DNA of 64,000 nt from Eledone cirrhosa (Eukaryota): NCBI GenBank assembly GCA_964016885.1, contig CAXHJY010000397.1, positions 124,001 through 188,000 on the forward strand, written 5' to 3'. This document shows, piece by piece, positions 12,801 through 26,000 of the stretch. The position numbers and the translations under genes are program-made. The notes under the pieces were generated by a model. It saw nothing but the letters and a program-made list of their open reading frames with translations, made no database searches and had not been told where the DNA came from. The first letter of the stretch is position 1; every line of letters starts with the position of its first letter.

Positions 12801-15800
12801 TAGGATAGCTTAGCTTAGCTTAGCTTAGGATAGCTTAGCTTAGCTTAGCTTAGGATAGCTTAGGATAGCTTAGCTTAGGATAGCTTAGGATAGCTTAGCT
12901 TAGGATAGCTTAGGATAGCTTAGCTTAGGATAGCTTAGCTTAGGATAGCTTAGCTTAGGATAGCTTAGGATAGCTTAGCTTAGGATATCTTAGGATAGCT
13001 TAGCTTAGGATAGCTTAGCTTAGGATAGCTTAGGATAGCTTAGCTTAACTTAGCTTAGGATAGCTTAGCTTAGCTTAGGATAGCTTAGCTTAGCTTAGCT
13101 TAGGATAGCTTAGCTTAGCTTAGCTTAGGATAGCTTAGGATAGCTTAGCTTAGGATAGCTTAGGATAGCTTAGCTTAGGATAGCTTAGGATAGCTTAGCT
13201 TAGGATAGCTTAGCTTAGGATAGCTTAGCTTAGGATAGTTTAGGATAGCTTAGCTTAGCTTAGCTTAGGATAGCTTAGGATAGCTTAGCTTAGGATAGCT
13301 TAGGATAGCTTAGCTTAGGATAGATTAGGATAGCTTAGCTTAGGATAGCTTAGGATAGCTTAGCTTAGGATAGCTTAGCTTAGGATAGCTTAGCTTAGCT
13401 TAGGATAGCTTAGCTTGGGATAGCTTAGGATAGCTTAGCTTAGGATAGCTTAGCTTAGGATAGCTTAGGATAGCTTAGCTTAGCTTAGCTTAGGATAGCT
13501 TAGCTTAGCTTAGCTTAGGATAGCTTAGCTTAGCTTAGGATAGCTTAGCTTAGCTTAGCTTAGGATAGCTTAGCTTAGCTTAGCTTAGGATAGCTTAGCT
13601 TAGCTTAGCTTAGGATAGCTTAGCTTAGCTTAGCTTAGGATAGCTTAGCTTAGCTTAGCTTAGGATAGCTTAGCTTAGCTTAGCTTAGAATAGCTTAGCT
13701 TAGGATAGCTTAGCTTAGGATAGCTTAGCTTAGGATAGCTTAGGATAGCTTAGCTTAGGATAGCTTAGGATAGCTTAGCTTAGGATAGCTTAGCTTAGCT
13801 TAGCTTAGGATAGCTTAGCTTAGCTTAGGATAGCTTAGCTTAGCTTAGCTTAGGATAGCTTAGCTTAGGATAGCTTAGGAAAGCTTAGCTTAGCTTAGCT
13901 TAGGATAGCTTAGCTTAGCTTAGCTTAGGATAGCTTAGCTTAGCTTAGGATAGCTTAGCTTAGCTTAGCTTAGGATAGCTTAGCTTAGCTTAGTTTAGGA
14001 TAGCTTAGCTTAGCTTAGCTTAGGATAGCTTAGCTTAGCTTAGCTTAGGATAGCTTAGCTTAGCTTAGCTTAGGATAGCTTAGCTTAGGATAGCTTAGCT
14101 TAGCTTAGCTTAGGATAGCTTAGCTTAGCTTAGCTTAGGATAGCTTAGCTTAGGATAGCTTAGCTTAGCTTAGCTTAGGATAGCTTAGCATAGCTTAGCT
14201 TAGGATAGCTTAGCTTAGCTTAGCTTAGGATAGCTTAGCTTAGCTTAGCTTAGGATAGCTTAGCTTAGCTTAGCTTAGGATAGCTTAGCTTAGCTTAGCT
14301 TAGGATAGCTTAGCTTAGCTTAGCTTAGGATAGCTTAGCATAGCTTAGCTTAGGATAGCTTAGCTTAGCTTAGCTTAGGATAGCTTAGCTTAGCTTAGGA
14401 TAGCTTAGGTTAGCTTGGCTTAGGTTAGCTTAGCTTAGCTTGGCTTAGGATAGCTTAGCTTAGCTTAGCTTAGCTTAGGATAGCTTAGCTTAGGATAGCT
14501 TAGGATAGCTTAGCTTAGCTTAGCTTAGGATAGCTTAGCTTAGTTTAGGATAGCTTAGCTTAGCTTAGCTTAGGATAGCTTAGGATAGCTTAGCTTGGGA
14601 CAGCTTAGGATAGCTTAGCTTAGGATAGCTTAGGATAGCTTAGCTTAGGATAGCTTAGGATAGCTTAGGTTAGGATAGCTTAGCTTAGGATAGCTTAGGA
14701 TAGCTTAGCTTAGGATAGCTTAGGATAGCTTAGCTTAGAATAGCTTAGGATAGCTTAGCTTAGGATAGCTTAGCTTAGGATAGCTTAGGAAAGCTTAGCT
14801 TAGCTTAGCTTAGGATAGCTTAGCTTAGCTTAGCTTAGGATAGCTTAGCTTAGCTTAGCTTAGGATAGCTTAGGATAGCTTAGCTTAGGATAGCTTAGGA
14901 TAGCTTAGCTTAGGATAGCTTAGCTTAGGATAGCTTAGCTTAGGATAGCTTAGGATAGCTTAGCTTAGGATAGCTTAGGATAGCTTAGCTTAGGATAGCT
15001 TAGCTTAGGATAGCTTAGGATAGCTTAGCTTAGCTTAGCTTAGGATAGCTTAGCTTAGCTTAGGATAGCTTAGCTTAGCTTAGCTTAGCTTAGGATAGCT
15101 TAGCTTAGCTTAGGATAGCTTAGGATAGCTTAGCTTAGGATAGCTTAGGATAGCTTAGCTTAGGATAGCTTAGGATAGCTTAGCTTAGGATAGCTTAGCT
15201 TAGGATAGCTTAGCTTAGCTTAGGATAGCTTAGCTTAGGATAGCTTAGGATATCTTAGGTTAGGATAGCTTAGCTTAGGATAGCTTAGGATAGATTAGCT
15301 TAGCTTAGCTTAGGATAGCTTAGCTTAGCTTAGCTTAGGATAGCTTAGCTTAGCTTAGGATAGCTTAGCTTAGCTTAGCTTAGGATAGCTTAGCTTAGCT
15401 TAGCTTAGGATAGCTTAGCTTAGCTTAGGATAGCTTAGCTTAGCTTAGCTTAGGATAGCTTAGCTTAGCTTAGCTTAGGATAGCTTAGCTTAGGATAGCT
15501 TAGCTTAGGATAGCTTAGCTTAGGTTAGCTTAGCTTAGCTTAGCTTAGGATAGCTTAGGATAGCTTAGCTTAGGATAGCTTAGCTTAGCTTAGCTTAGGA
15601 TAGCTTAGCTTAGCTTAGCTTAGGATAGCTTAGCTTAGCTTAGCTTAGGATAGCTTAGCTTAGGATAGCTTAGGATTGCTTAGCTTAGCTTAGCTTAGGA
15701 TAGCTTAGCTTAGCTTAGCTTAGGATAGCTTAGCTTAGCTTAGGATAGCTTAGCTTAGCTTAGCTTAGGATAGCTTAGCTTAGCTTAGCTTAGGATAGCT

Positions 15801-18800
15801 TAGCTTAGCTTAGCTTAGGATAGCTTAGGATAGCTTAGGATAGCTTAGCTTAGCTTAGCTTAGGATAGCTTAGCTTAGCTTAGGATAGCTTAGCTTAGCT
15901 TAGCTTAGGATAGCTTAGCTTAGCTTAGGATAGCTTAGCTTAGCTTAGCTTAGGATAGCTTAGCTTAGCTTAGCTTAGGATAGCTTAGCTTAGCTTAGCT
16001 TAGGATAGCTTAGCTTAGCTTAGCTTAGCTTAGGATAGCTTAGCTTAGCTTAGCTTAGGATAGATTAGCTTAGCTTAGGATAGCTTAGCTTAGCTTAGCT
16101 TAGGAAAGCTTAGCTTAGCTTAGGATAGCTTAGCTTAGCTTAGCTTAGGAGAGCTTAGCTTAGCTTAGCTTAGGATAGCTTAGCTTAGCTTAGCTTAGGA
16201 TAGCTTAGCTTAGCTTAGGTAGCTTAGCTTAGCTTAGCTTAGGATAGCTTAGCTTAGCTTAGCTTAGCTTAGCTTAGGATAGCTTAGCTTAGCTTAGCTT
16301 AGGAGAGCTTAGCTTAGCTTAGCTTAGGATAGCTTAGGATAGCTTAGCTTAGGATAGCTTAGGATAGCTTACCTTAGGAGAGCTTAGCTTAGGATAGCTT
16401 AGCTTAGGATAGCTTAGCTTAGGATAGCTTAGGATAGCTTAGCTTAGCTTAGCTTAGGATAGCTTAGCTTAGCTTAGCTTAGGATAGCTTAGCTTAGGTT
16501 AGCTTAGCTTAGCTTAGCTTAGCTTAGGATAGCTTAGCTTAGGATAGCTTAGGATAGCTTAGGATAGCTTAGCTTAGGATAGCTTAGCTTAGGATAGCTT
16601 AGGATAGCTTAGCTTAGGATAGCTTAGGATAGCTTAGCTTAGGATAGCTTAGCTTAGGATAGCTTAGGATAGCTTAGCTTAGCTTAGCTTAGGATAGCTT
16701 AGCTTAGCTTAGCTTAGGATAGCTTAGCTTAGCTTAGGATAGCTTAGCTTAGCTTAGCTTAGGATAGCTTAGGATAGCTTAGCTTAGGATAGCTTAGGAT
16801 AGCTTAGCTTAGGATAGCTTAGGATAGCTTAGGATAGCTTAGCTTAGCTTAGCTTAGGATAGCTTAGCTTAGCTTAGCTTAGGATAGCTTAGCTTAGCTT
16901 AGCTTAGGATAGCTTAGCTTAGCTTAGGATAGCTTAGCTTAGCTTAGCTTAGGATAGCTTAGCTTAGCTTAGCTTAGGACAGCTTAGCTTAGCTTAGCTT
17001 AGGATAGCTTAGCTTAGCTTAGGATAGCTTAGCTTAGCTTAGCTTAGGATAGCTTAGCTTAGCTTAGCTTAGGATAGCTTAGCTTAGGATAGCTTAGCTT
17101 AGGATAGCTTAGCTTAGGTTAGCTTAGCTTAGCTTAGCTTAGGATAGCTTAGGATAGCTTAGCTTAGGATAGCTTAGCTTAGCTTAGCTTAGGATAGCTT
17201 AGCTTAGCTTAGCTTAGGATAGCTTAGCTTAGCTTAGCTTAGGATAGCTTAGCTTAGCTTAGCTTAGGATAGCTTAGCTTAGGATAGCTTAGGATAGCTT
17301 AGCTTAGCTTAGGATAGCTTAGCTTAGCTTAGCTTAGGATAGCTTAGCTTAGCTTAGGATAGCTTAGCTTAGCTTAGCTTAGGATAGCTTAGCTTAGCTT
17401 AGCTTAGGATAGCTTAGCTTAGCTTAGCTTAGGATAGCTTAGGATAGCTTAGGATAGCTTAGCTTAGCTTAGCTTAGGATAGCTTAGCTTAGCTTAGCTT
17501 AGGATAGCTTAGCTTAGCTTAGCTTAGGATAGCTTAGCTTAGCTTAGGATAGCTTAGCTTAGCTTAGCTTAGGATAGCTTAGCTTAGCTTAGCTTAGGAT
17601 AGCTTAGCTTAGCTTAGCTTAGGATAGATTAGCTTAGCTTAGGATAGCTTAGCTTAGCTTAGCTTAGGAAAGCTTAGCTTAGCTTAGGATAGCTTAGCTT
17701 TGCTTAGCTTAGGATAGCTTAGGATAGCTTAGCTTAGGATAGCTTAGGATAGCTTAGCTTAGGATAGCTTAGGATAGCTTAGGTTAGGATAGCTTAGCTT
17801 AGGATAGCTTAGGATAGCTTAGCTTAGGATAGCTTAGGATAGCTTAGCTTAGGATAGCTTAGGATAGCTTAGCTTAGGATAGCTTAGCTTAGGATAGCTT
17901 AGGAAAGCTTAGCTTAGCTTAGCTTAGGATAGCTTAGCTTAGCTTAGCTTAGGATAGCTTAGCTTAGCTTAGCTTAGGATAGCTTAGGATAGCTTAGCTT
18001 AGGATAGCTTAGGATAGCTTAGCTTAGGATAGCTTAGCTTAGGATAGCTTAGCTTAGGATAGCTTAGGATAGCTTAGCTTAGGATAGCTTAGCTTAGGAT
18101 AGCTTAGGATAGCTTAGCTTAGCTTAGCTTAGGATAGCTTAGCTTAGCTTAGCTTAGGATAGCTTAGCTTAGCTTAGCTTAGCTTAGGATAGCTTAGCTT
18201 AGCTTAGGATAGCTTAGGATAGCTTAGCTTAGGATAGCTTAGGATAGCTTAGCTTAGGATAGCTTAGGATAGCTTAGCTTAGGATAGCTTAGGATAGCTT
18301 AGCTTAGGATAGCTTAGCTTAGGATAGCTTAGCTTAGCTTAGCTTAGGATAGCTTAGCTTAGGATAGCTTAGGATAGCTTAGCTTAGGATAGCTTATCTT
18401 AGGATAGCTTAGGATAGCTTAGCTTAGCTTAGCTTAGGATAGCTTAGCTTAGCTTAGCTTAGGATAGCTTAGCTTAGCTTAGGATAGCTTAGCTTAGCTT
18501 AGCTTAGGATAGCTTAGCTTAGCTTAGCTTAGGATAGCTTAGCTTAGCTTAGCTTAGGATAGCTTAGCTTAGGATAGCTTAGCTTAGGATAGCTTAGCTT
18601 AGGTTAGCTTAGCTTAGCTTAGCTTAGGATAGCTTAGGATAGCTTAGCTTAGGATAGCTTAGCTTAGCTTAGCTTAGGATAGCTTAGCTTAGTTTAGCTT
18701 AGGATAGCTTAGCTTAGCTTAGCTTAGGATAGCTTAGCTTAGGATAGCTTAGGATTGCTTAGCTTAGCTTAGCTTAGGATAGCTTAGCTTAGCTTAGCTT

Positions 18801-20040
18801 AGGATAGCTTAGCTTAGCTTAGGATAGCTTAGCTTAGCTTAGCTTAGGATAGCTTAGCTTAGCTTAGCTTAGGATAGCTTAGCTTAGCTTAGCTTAGGAT
18901 AGCTTAGGATAGCTTAGGATAGCTTAGCTTTGCTTAGCTTAGGATAGCTTAGCTTAGCTTAGCTTAGGATAGCTTAGCTTAGCTTAGCTTAGGATAGCTT
19001 AGCTTAGCTTAGGATAGCTTAGCTTAGCTTAGCTTAGGATAGCTTAGCTTAGCTTAGCTTAGGATAGCTTAGCTTAGCTTAGCTTAGGATAGCTTAGCTT
19101 AGCTTAGCTTAGAATAGATTAGCTTAGCTTAGGATAGCTTAGCTTAGCTTAGCTTAGGAAAGCTTAGCTTAGCTTAGGATAGCTTAGTTTAGCTTAGCTT
19201 AGGAGAGCTTAGCTTAGCTTAGGATAGCTTAGCTTAGCTTATCTTAGGATAGCTTAGCTTAGCTTAGCTTAGGTAGCTTAGCTTAGCTTAGCTTAGGATA
19301 GCTTAGCTTAGCTTAGCTTAGCTTAGGATAGCTTAGCTTAGCTTAGCTTAGGAGAGCTTAGCTTAGCTTAGCTTAGGATAGCTTAGGATAGCTTAGCTTA
19401 GGATAGCTTAGGATAGCTTACCTTAGGAGAGCTTAGCTTAGGATAGCTTAGCTTAGGATAGCTTAGGATAGCTTAGCTTAGGATAGCTTAGCTTAGGATA
19501 GCTTAGCTTAGGATAGCTTAGGATAGCTTAGCTTAGCTTAGCTTAGGATAGCTTAGCTTAGCTTAGCTTAGGATAGCTTAGCTTAGGTTAGCTTAGCTTA
19601 GCTTAGCTTAGCTTAGGATAGCTTAGCTTAGGATAGCTTAGGATAGCTTAGCTTAGGATAGCTTAGGATAGCTTAGCTTAGGAGAGCTTAGCTTAGGATA
19701 GCTTAGGATAGCTTAGCTTAGGATAGCTTAGGATAGCTTAGCTTAGGATAGCTTAGCTTAGGATAGCTTAGGATAGCTTAGCTTAGCTTAGCTTAGGATA
19801 GCTTAGCTTAGCTTAGCTTAGGATAGCTTAGCTTAGCTTAGCTTAGGATAGCTTAGCTTAGCTTAGCTTAGGATAGCTTAGGATAGCTTAGCTTAGGATA
19901 GCTTAGGATAGCTTAGCTTAGGATAGCTTAGGATAGCTTAGGATAGCTTAGCTTAGCTTAGCTTAGGATAGCTTAGCTTAGCTTAGCTTAGGATAGCTTA
20001 GCTTAGCTTAGCTTAGGATAGCTTAGCTTAGCTTAGGATA
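6845..20040 (+). repeat. Copy 1 of a 13.2-13.4 kb higher-order tandem duplication
   Basis: Collinear rare markers shared with 20040-33470: GAGCT 7229/20424, TAGGG 8763/21953, CAGGA 10852/24047, TCGCT 12326/25756, TGGGA-CAGCT 14596/28025, TACCT 19419/32848. Confidence 0.92.
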
Positions 20041-23000
20041 GCTTAGCTTAGCTTAGCTTAGCTTAGGATAGCTTAGCTTAGCTTAGCTTAGGATAGCTTA
20101 GCTTAGCTTAGGATAGCTTAGCTTAGCTTAGCTTAGGATAGCTTAGCTTAGCTTAGCTTAGGATAGCTTAGCTTAGCTTAGCTTAGGATAGCTTAGCTTA
20201 GCTTAGCTTAGGATAGCTTAGCTTAGCTTAGGATAGCTTAGCTTAGCTTAGGATAGCTTAGCTTAGCTTAGCTTAGCTTAGCTTAGGATAGCTTAGCTTA
20301 GCTTAGCTTAGGATAGCTTAGCTTAGCTTAGCTTAGGATAGCTTAGCTTAGCTTAGCTTAGGATAGCTTAGCTTAGCTTAGGATAGCTTAGCTTAGCTTA
20401 GCTTAGGATAGCTTAGCTTAGCTGAGCTTAGGATAGCTTAGGATAGCTTAGCTTAGGATAGCTTAGGATAGCTTACCTTAGGAGAGCTTAGCTTAGGAAA
20501 GCTTAGCTTAGGATAGCTTAGGATAGCTTAGCTTAGGATAGCTTAGCTTAGGATAGCTTAGCTTAGGATAGCTTAGGATAGCTTAGCTTAGCTTAGCTTA
20601 GGATAGCTTAGCTTAGCTTAGCTTAGGATAGCTTAGCTTAGCTTAGCTTAGGATAGATTAGCTTAGCTTAGGATAGCTTAGCTTAGCTTAGCTTAGGAAA
20701 GCTTAGCTTAGCTTAGGATAGCTTAGTTTAGCTTAGCTTAGGAGAGCTTAGCTTAGCTTAGCTTAGGATAGCTTAGCTTAGCTTAGCTTAGGATAGCTTA
20801 GCTTAGCTTAGGTAGCTTAGCTTAGCTTAGCTTAGGATAGCTTAGCTTAGCTTAGCTTAGCTTAGGTTAGCTTAGCTTAGCTTAGCTTAGGAGAGCTTAG
20901 CTTAGCTTAGCTTAGGATAGCTTAGGATAGCTTAGCTTAGGATAGCTTAGGATAGCTTACCTTAGGAGAGCTTAGCTTAGGATAGCTTAGCTTAGGATAG
21001 CTTAGGATAGCTTAGCTTAGGATAGCTTAGCTTAGGATAGCTTAGCTTAGGATAGCTTAGGATAGCTTAGCTTAGCTTAGCTTAGGATAGCTTAGCTTAG
21101 CTTAGCTTAGGATAGCTTAGCTTAGGTTAGCTTAGCTTAGCTTAGCTTAGCTTAGGATAGCTTAGCTTAGGATAGCTTAGGATAGCTTAGCTTAGGATAG
21201 CTTAGGATAGCTTAGCTTAGGAGAGCTTAGCTTAGGATAGCTTAGGATAGCTTAGCTTAGGATAGCTTAGGATAGCTTAGCTTAGGATAGCTTAGCTTAG
21301 GATAGCTTAGGATAGCTTAGCTTAGCTTAGGATAGCTTAGCTTAGCTTAGCTTAGGATAGCTTAGCTTAGCTTAGCTTAGGATAGCTTAGCTTAGCTTAG
21401 CTTAGGATAGCTTAGGATAGCTTAGCTTAGGATAGCTTAGGATAGCTTAGCTTAGGATAGCTTAGGATAGCTTAGGATAGCTTAGCTTAGCTTAGCTTAG
21501 GATAGCTTAGCTTAGCTTAGCTTAGGATAGCTTAGCTTAGCTTAGCTTAGGATAGCTTAGCTTAGCTTAGGATAGCTTAGCTTAGCTTAGCTTAGGATAG
21601 CTTAGCTTAGCTTAGCTTAGGACAGCTTAGCTTAGCTTAGCTTAGGATAGCTTAGCTTAGCTTAGGATAGCTTAGCTTAGCTTAGCTTAGGATAGCTTAG
21701 CTTAGCTTAGCTTAGGATAGCTTAGCTTAGGATAGCTTAGCTTAGGATAGCTTAGCTTAGGTTAGCTTAGCTTAGCTTAGCTTAGGATAGCTTAGGATAG
21801 CTTAGCTTAGGATAGCTTAGCTTAGCTTAGCTTAGGATAGCTTAGCTTAGCTTAGCTTAGGATAGCTTAGCTTAGCTTAGCTTAGGATAGCTTAGCTTAG
21901 CTTAGGATAGCTTAGCTTAGGATAGCTTAGGATAGCTTAGCTTAGCTTAGCTTAGGGTAGCTTAGCTTAGCTTAGGATAGCTTAGCTTAGCTTAGGATAG
22001 CTTAGCTTAGCTTAGCTTAGGATAGCTTAGCTTAGCTTAGCTTAGGATAGCTTAGCTTAGCTTAGCTTAGGATAGCTTAGGATAGCTTAGGATAGCTTAG
22101 CTTAGCTTAGCTTAGGATAGCTTAGCTTAGCTTAGCTTAGGATAGCTTAGCTTAGCTTAGCTTAGGATAGCTTAGCTTAGCTTAGGATAGCTTAGCTTAG
22201 CTTAGCTTAGGATAGCTTAGCTTAGCTTAGCTTAGGATAGCTTAGCTTAGCTTAGCTTAGGATAGCTTAGCTTAGCTTAGGATAGCTTAGCTTAGCTTAG
22301 CTTAGGATAGCTTAGCTTAGGATAGCTTAGGATAGCTTAGCTTAGGATAGCTTAGCTTAGGATAGCTTAGGATAGCTTAGCTTAGCTTAGCTTAGGATAG
22401 CTTAGCTTAGCTTAGGATAGCTTAGCTTAGCTTAGCTTAGGATAGCTTAGCTTAGCTTAGCTTAGGATAGCTTAGCTTAGCTTAGGATAGCTTAGCTTAG
22501 TTTAGCTTAGGATAGCTTAGCTTAGCTTAGCTTAGGATAGCTTAGCTTAGCTTAGCTTAGGATAGCTTAGCTTAGGATAGCTTAGCTTAGGATAGCTTAG
22601 CTTAGGTTAGCTTAGCTTAGCTTAGCTTAGGATAGCTTAGGATAGCTTAGCTTAGGATAGCTTAGCTTAGCTTAGCTTAGGATAGCTTAGCTTAGCTTAG
22701 CTTAGGATAGCTTAGCTTAGGATAGCTTAGGATTGCTTAGCTTAGCTTAGCTTAGGATAGCTTAGCTTAGCTTAGCTTAGGATAGCTTAGCTTAGCTTAG
22801 GATAGCTTAGCTTAGCTTAGCTTAGGATAGCTTAGCTTAGCTTAGCTTAGGATAGCTTAGCTTAGCTTAGCTTAGGATAGCTTAGCTTAGCTTAGCTTAG
22901 GATAGCTTAGCTTAGCTTAGGATAGCTTAGCTTAGCTTAGCTTAGGATAGCTTAGCTTAGCTTAGGATAGCTTAGCTTAGCTTAGCTTAGGATAGCTTAG

Positions 23001-26000
23001 CTTAGCTTAGCTTAGGATAGCTTAGCTTAGCTTAGCTTAGGATAGCTTAGCTTAGCTTAGCTTAGGATAGCTTAGCTTAGCTTAGCTTAGGATAGATTAG
23101 CTTAGCTTAGGATAGCTTAGCTTAGCTTAGCTTAGGAAAGCTTAGCTTAGCTTAGGATAGCTTAGCTTAGCTTAGCTTAGGAGAGCTTAGCTTAGCTTAG
23201 CTTAGGATAGCTTAGCTTAGCTTAGCTTAGGATAGCTTAGCTTAGCTTAGGTAGCTTAGCTTAGCTTAGCTTAGGATAGCTTAGCTTAGCTTAGCTTAGC
23301 TTAGGATAGCTTAGCTTAGCTTAGCTTAGGAGAGCTTAGCTTAGCTTAGCTTAGGATAGCTTAGGATAGCTTAGCTTAGGATAGCTTAGGATAGCTTACC
23401 TTAGGAGAGCTTAGCTTAGGATAGCTTAGCTTAGGATAGCTTAGGATAGCTTAGCTTAGGATAGCTTAGCTTAGGATAGCTTAGCTTAGGATAGCTTAGG
23501 ATAGCTTAGCTTAGCTTAGGATAGCTTAGCTTAGCTTAGCTTAGGATAGCTTAGCTTAGGTTAGCTTAGCTTAGCTTAGCTTAGCTTAGGATAGCTTAGC
23601 TTAGGATAGCTTAGGATAGCTTAGGATAGCTTAGCTTAGGATAGCTTAGCTTAGGATAGCTTAGGATAGCTTAGCTTAGGATAGCTTAGGATAGCTTAGC
23701 TTAGGATAGCTTAGCTTAGGATAGCTTAGGATAGCTTAGCTTAGCTTAGCTTAGGATAGCTTAGATTAGCTTAGCTTAGTATAGCTTAGCTTAGCTTAGC
23801 TTAGGATAGCTTAGCTTAGCTTAGCTTAGCTTAGGATAGCTTAGCTTAGCTTAGGATAGCTTAGCTTAGCTTAGGATAGCTTAGCTTAGCTTAGCTTAGG
23901 ATAGCTTAGCTTAGCTTAGCTTAGGATAGCTTAGCTTAGCTTAGCTTAGGATAGCTTAGCTTAGCTTAGCTTAGGATAGCTTAGCTTAGCTTAGCTTAGG
24001 ATAGCTTAGCTTAGCTTAGCTTAGGATAGCTTAGCTTAGCTTAGCTCAGGATAGCTTAGCTTAGGATAGCTTATCTTAGCTTAGCTTAGGATAGCTTAGC
24101 TTAGCTTAGCTTAGGATAGCTTAGCTTAGCTTAGCTTAGGATAGCTTAGCTTAGCTTGGCTTAGGATAGCTTAGCTTAGCTTAGCTTAGGATAGCCTAGC
24201 TTAGCTTAGCTTAGGATGGCTTAGCTTAGCTTAGCTTAGGATAGCTTAGCTTAGCTTAGCATAGGATAGCTTAGCTTAGTTTAGGATAGCTTAGCTTAGC
24301 TAAGCTTAGCTTAGGATAGCTTAGGATAGCTTAGCTTAGGATAGCTTAGGATAGCTTAGCTTAGGATAGCTTAGCTTAGGATAGCTTAGCTTAGGATAGC
24401 TTAGGATAGCTTAGCTTAGGATAGCTTAGGATAGCTTAGCTTAGGATAGCTTAGGATAGCTTAGCTTAGGATAGCTTAGCTTAGGATAGCTTAGGAAAGC
24501 TTAGCTTAGCTTAGCTTAGGATAGCTTAGCTTAGCTTAGCTTAGGATAGCTTAGCTTAGCTTAGCTTAGGATAGCTTAGGATAGCTTAGCTTAGGATAGC
24601 TTAGGATAGCTTAGATTAGGATAGCTTAGCTTAGGTTAGCTTAGCTTAGGATAGCTTAGGATAGCTTAGCTTAGGATAGCTTAGGATAGCTTAGCTTAGG
24701 ATAGCTTAGCTTAGGATAGCTTAGGATAGCTTAGCTTAGCTTAGCTTAGGATAGCTTAGCTTAGCTTAGCTTAGGATAGCTTAGCTTAGCTTAGCTTAGC
24801 TTAGGATAGCTTAGCTTAGCTTAGCTTAGGATAGCTTAGGATAGCTTAGCTTAGGATAGTTTAGGATAGCTTAGGATAGCTTAGCTTAGGATAGCTTAGG
24901 ATAGCTTAGCTTAGGATAGCTTAGCTTAGGATAGCTTAGCTTAGCTTAGCTTAGGATAGCTTAGCTTAGGATAGCTTAGGATAGCTTAGCTTAGGATAGC
25001 TTAGCTTAGGATAGCTTAGGATAGCTTAGCTTAGCTTAGCTTAGCTTAGCTTAGCTTAGGATAGCTTAGCTTAGCTTAGCTTAGGATAGCTTAGCTTAGC
25101 TTAGGATAGCTTAGCTTAGCTTAGCTTAGGTAGCTTAGCTTAGCTTAGCTTAGGATAGCTTAGCTTAGCTTAGCTTAGGATAGCTTAGCTTAGCTTAGCT
25201 TAGGATAGCTTAGCTTAGCTTAGCTTAGGATAGCTTAGCTTAGCTTAGCTTAGGATAGCTTAGCTTAGCTTAGCTTAGGTTAGCTTAGCTTAGGATAGCT
25301 TAGTTTAGGTTAGCTTAGCTTAGCTTAGCTTAGCATAGCTTAGGATAGCTTAGCTTAGGATAGCTTAGCTTAGCTTAGCTTAGGATAGCTTAGCTTAGCT
25401 TAGCTTAGGATAGCTTAGCTTAGCTTAGCTTAGGATAGCTTAGCTTAGGATAGCTTAGGATAGCTTAGCTTAGCTTAGCTTAGGATAGCTTAGCTTAGCT
25501 TAGCTTAGGATAGCTTAGCTTAGCTTAGGATAGCTTAGCTTAGCTTAGCTTAGGATAGCTTAGCTTAGCTTAGCTTAGGATAGCTTAGCTTAGCTTTGCT
25601 TAGGATAGCTTAGCTTAGCTTAGCTTAGGATAGCTTAGCTTAGCTTAGCTTAGGATAGCTTAGCTTAGCTTAGCTTAGGATAGCTTAGCTTAGCTTAGCT
25701 TAGGATAGCTTAGCTTAGCTTAGCTTAGGATAGCTTAGCTTAGCTTAGCTTAGGATCGCTTAGCTTAGCTTAGCTTAGGATAGCTTAGCTTAGCTTAGGA
25801 TAGCTTAGCTTAGCTTAGCTTAGGATAGCTTAGCTTAGCTTAGGATAGCTTAGGATAGCTTAGCTTAGGAGAGCTTAGCTTAGCTTAGCTTAGGATAGCT
25901 TAGCTTAGCTTAGCTTAGGATAGCTTAGCTTAACTTAGCTTAGGATAGCTTAGCTTAGCTTAGGATAGCTTAGCTTAGCTTAGCTTAGGATAGCTTAGCT

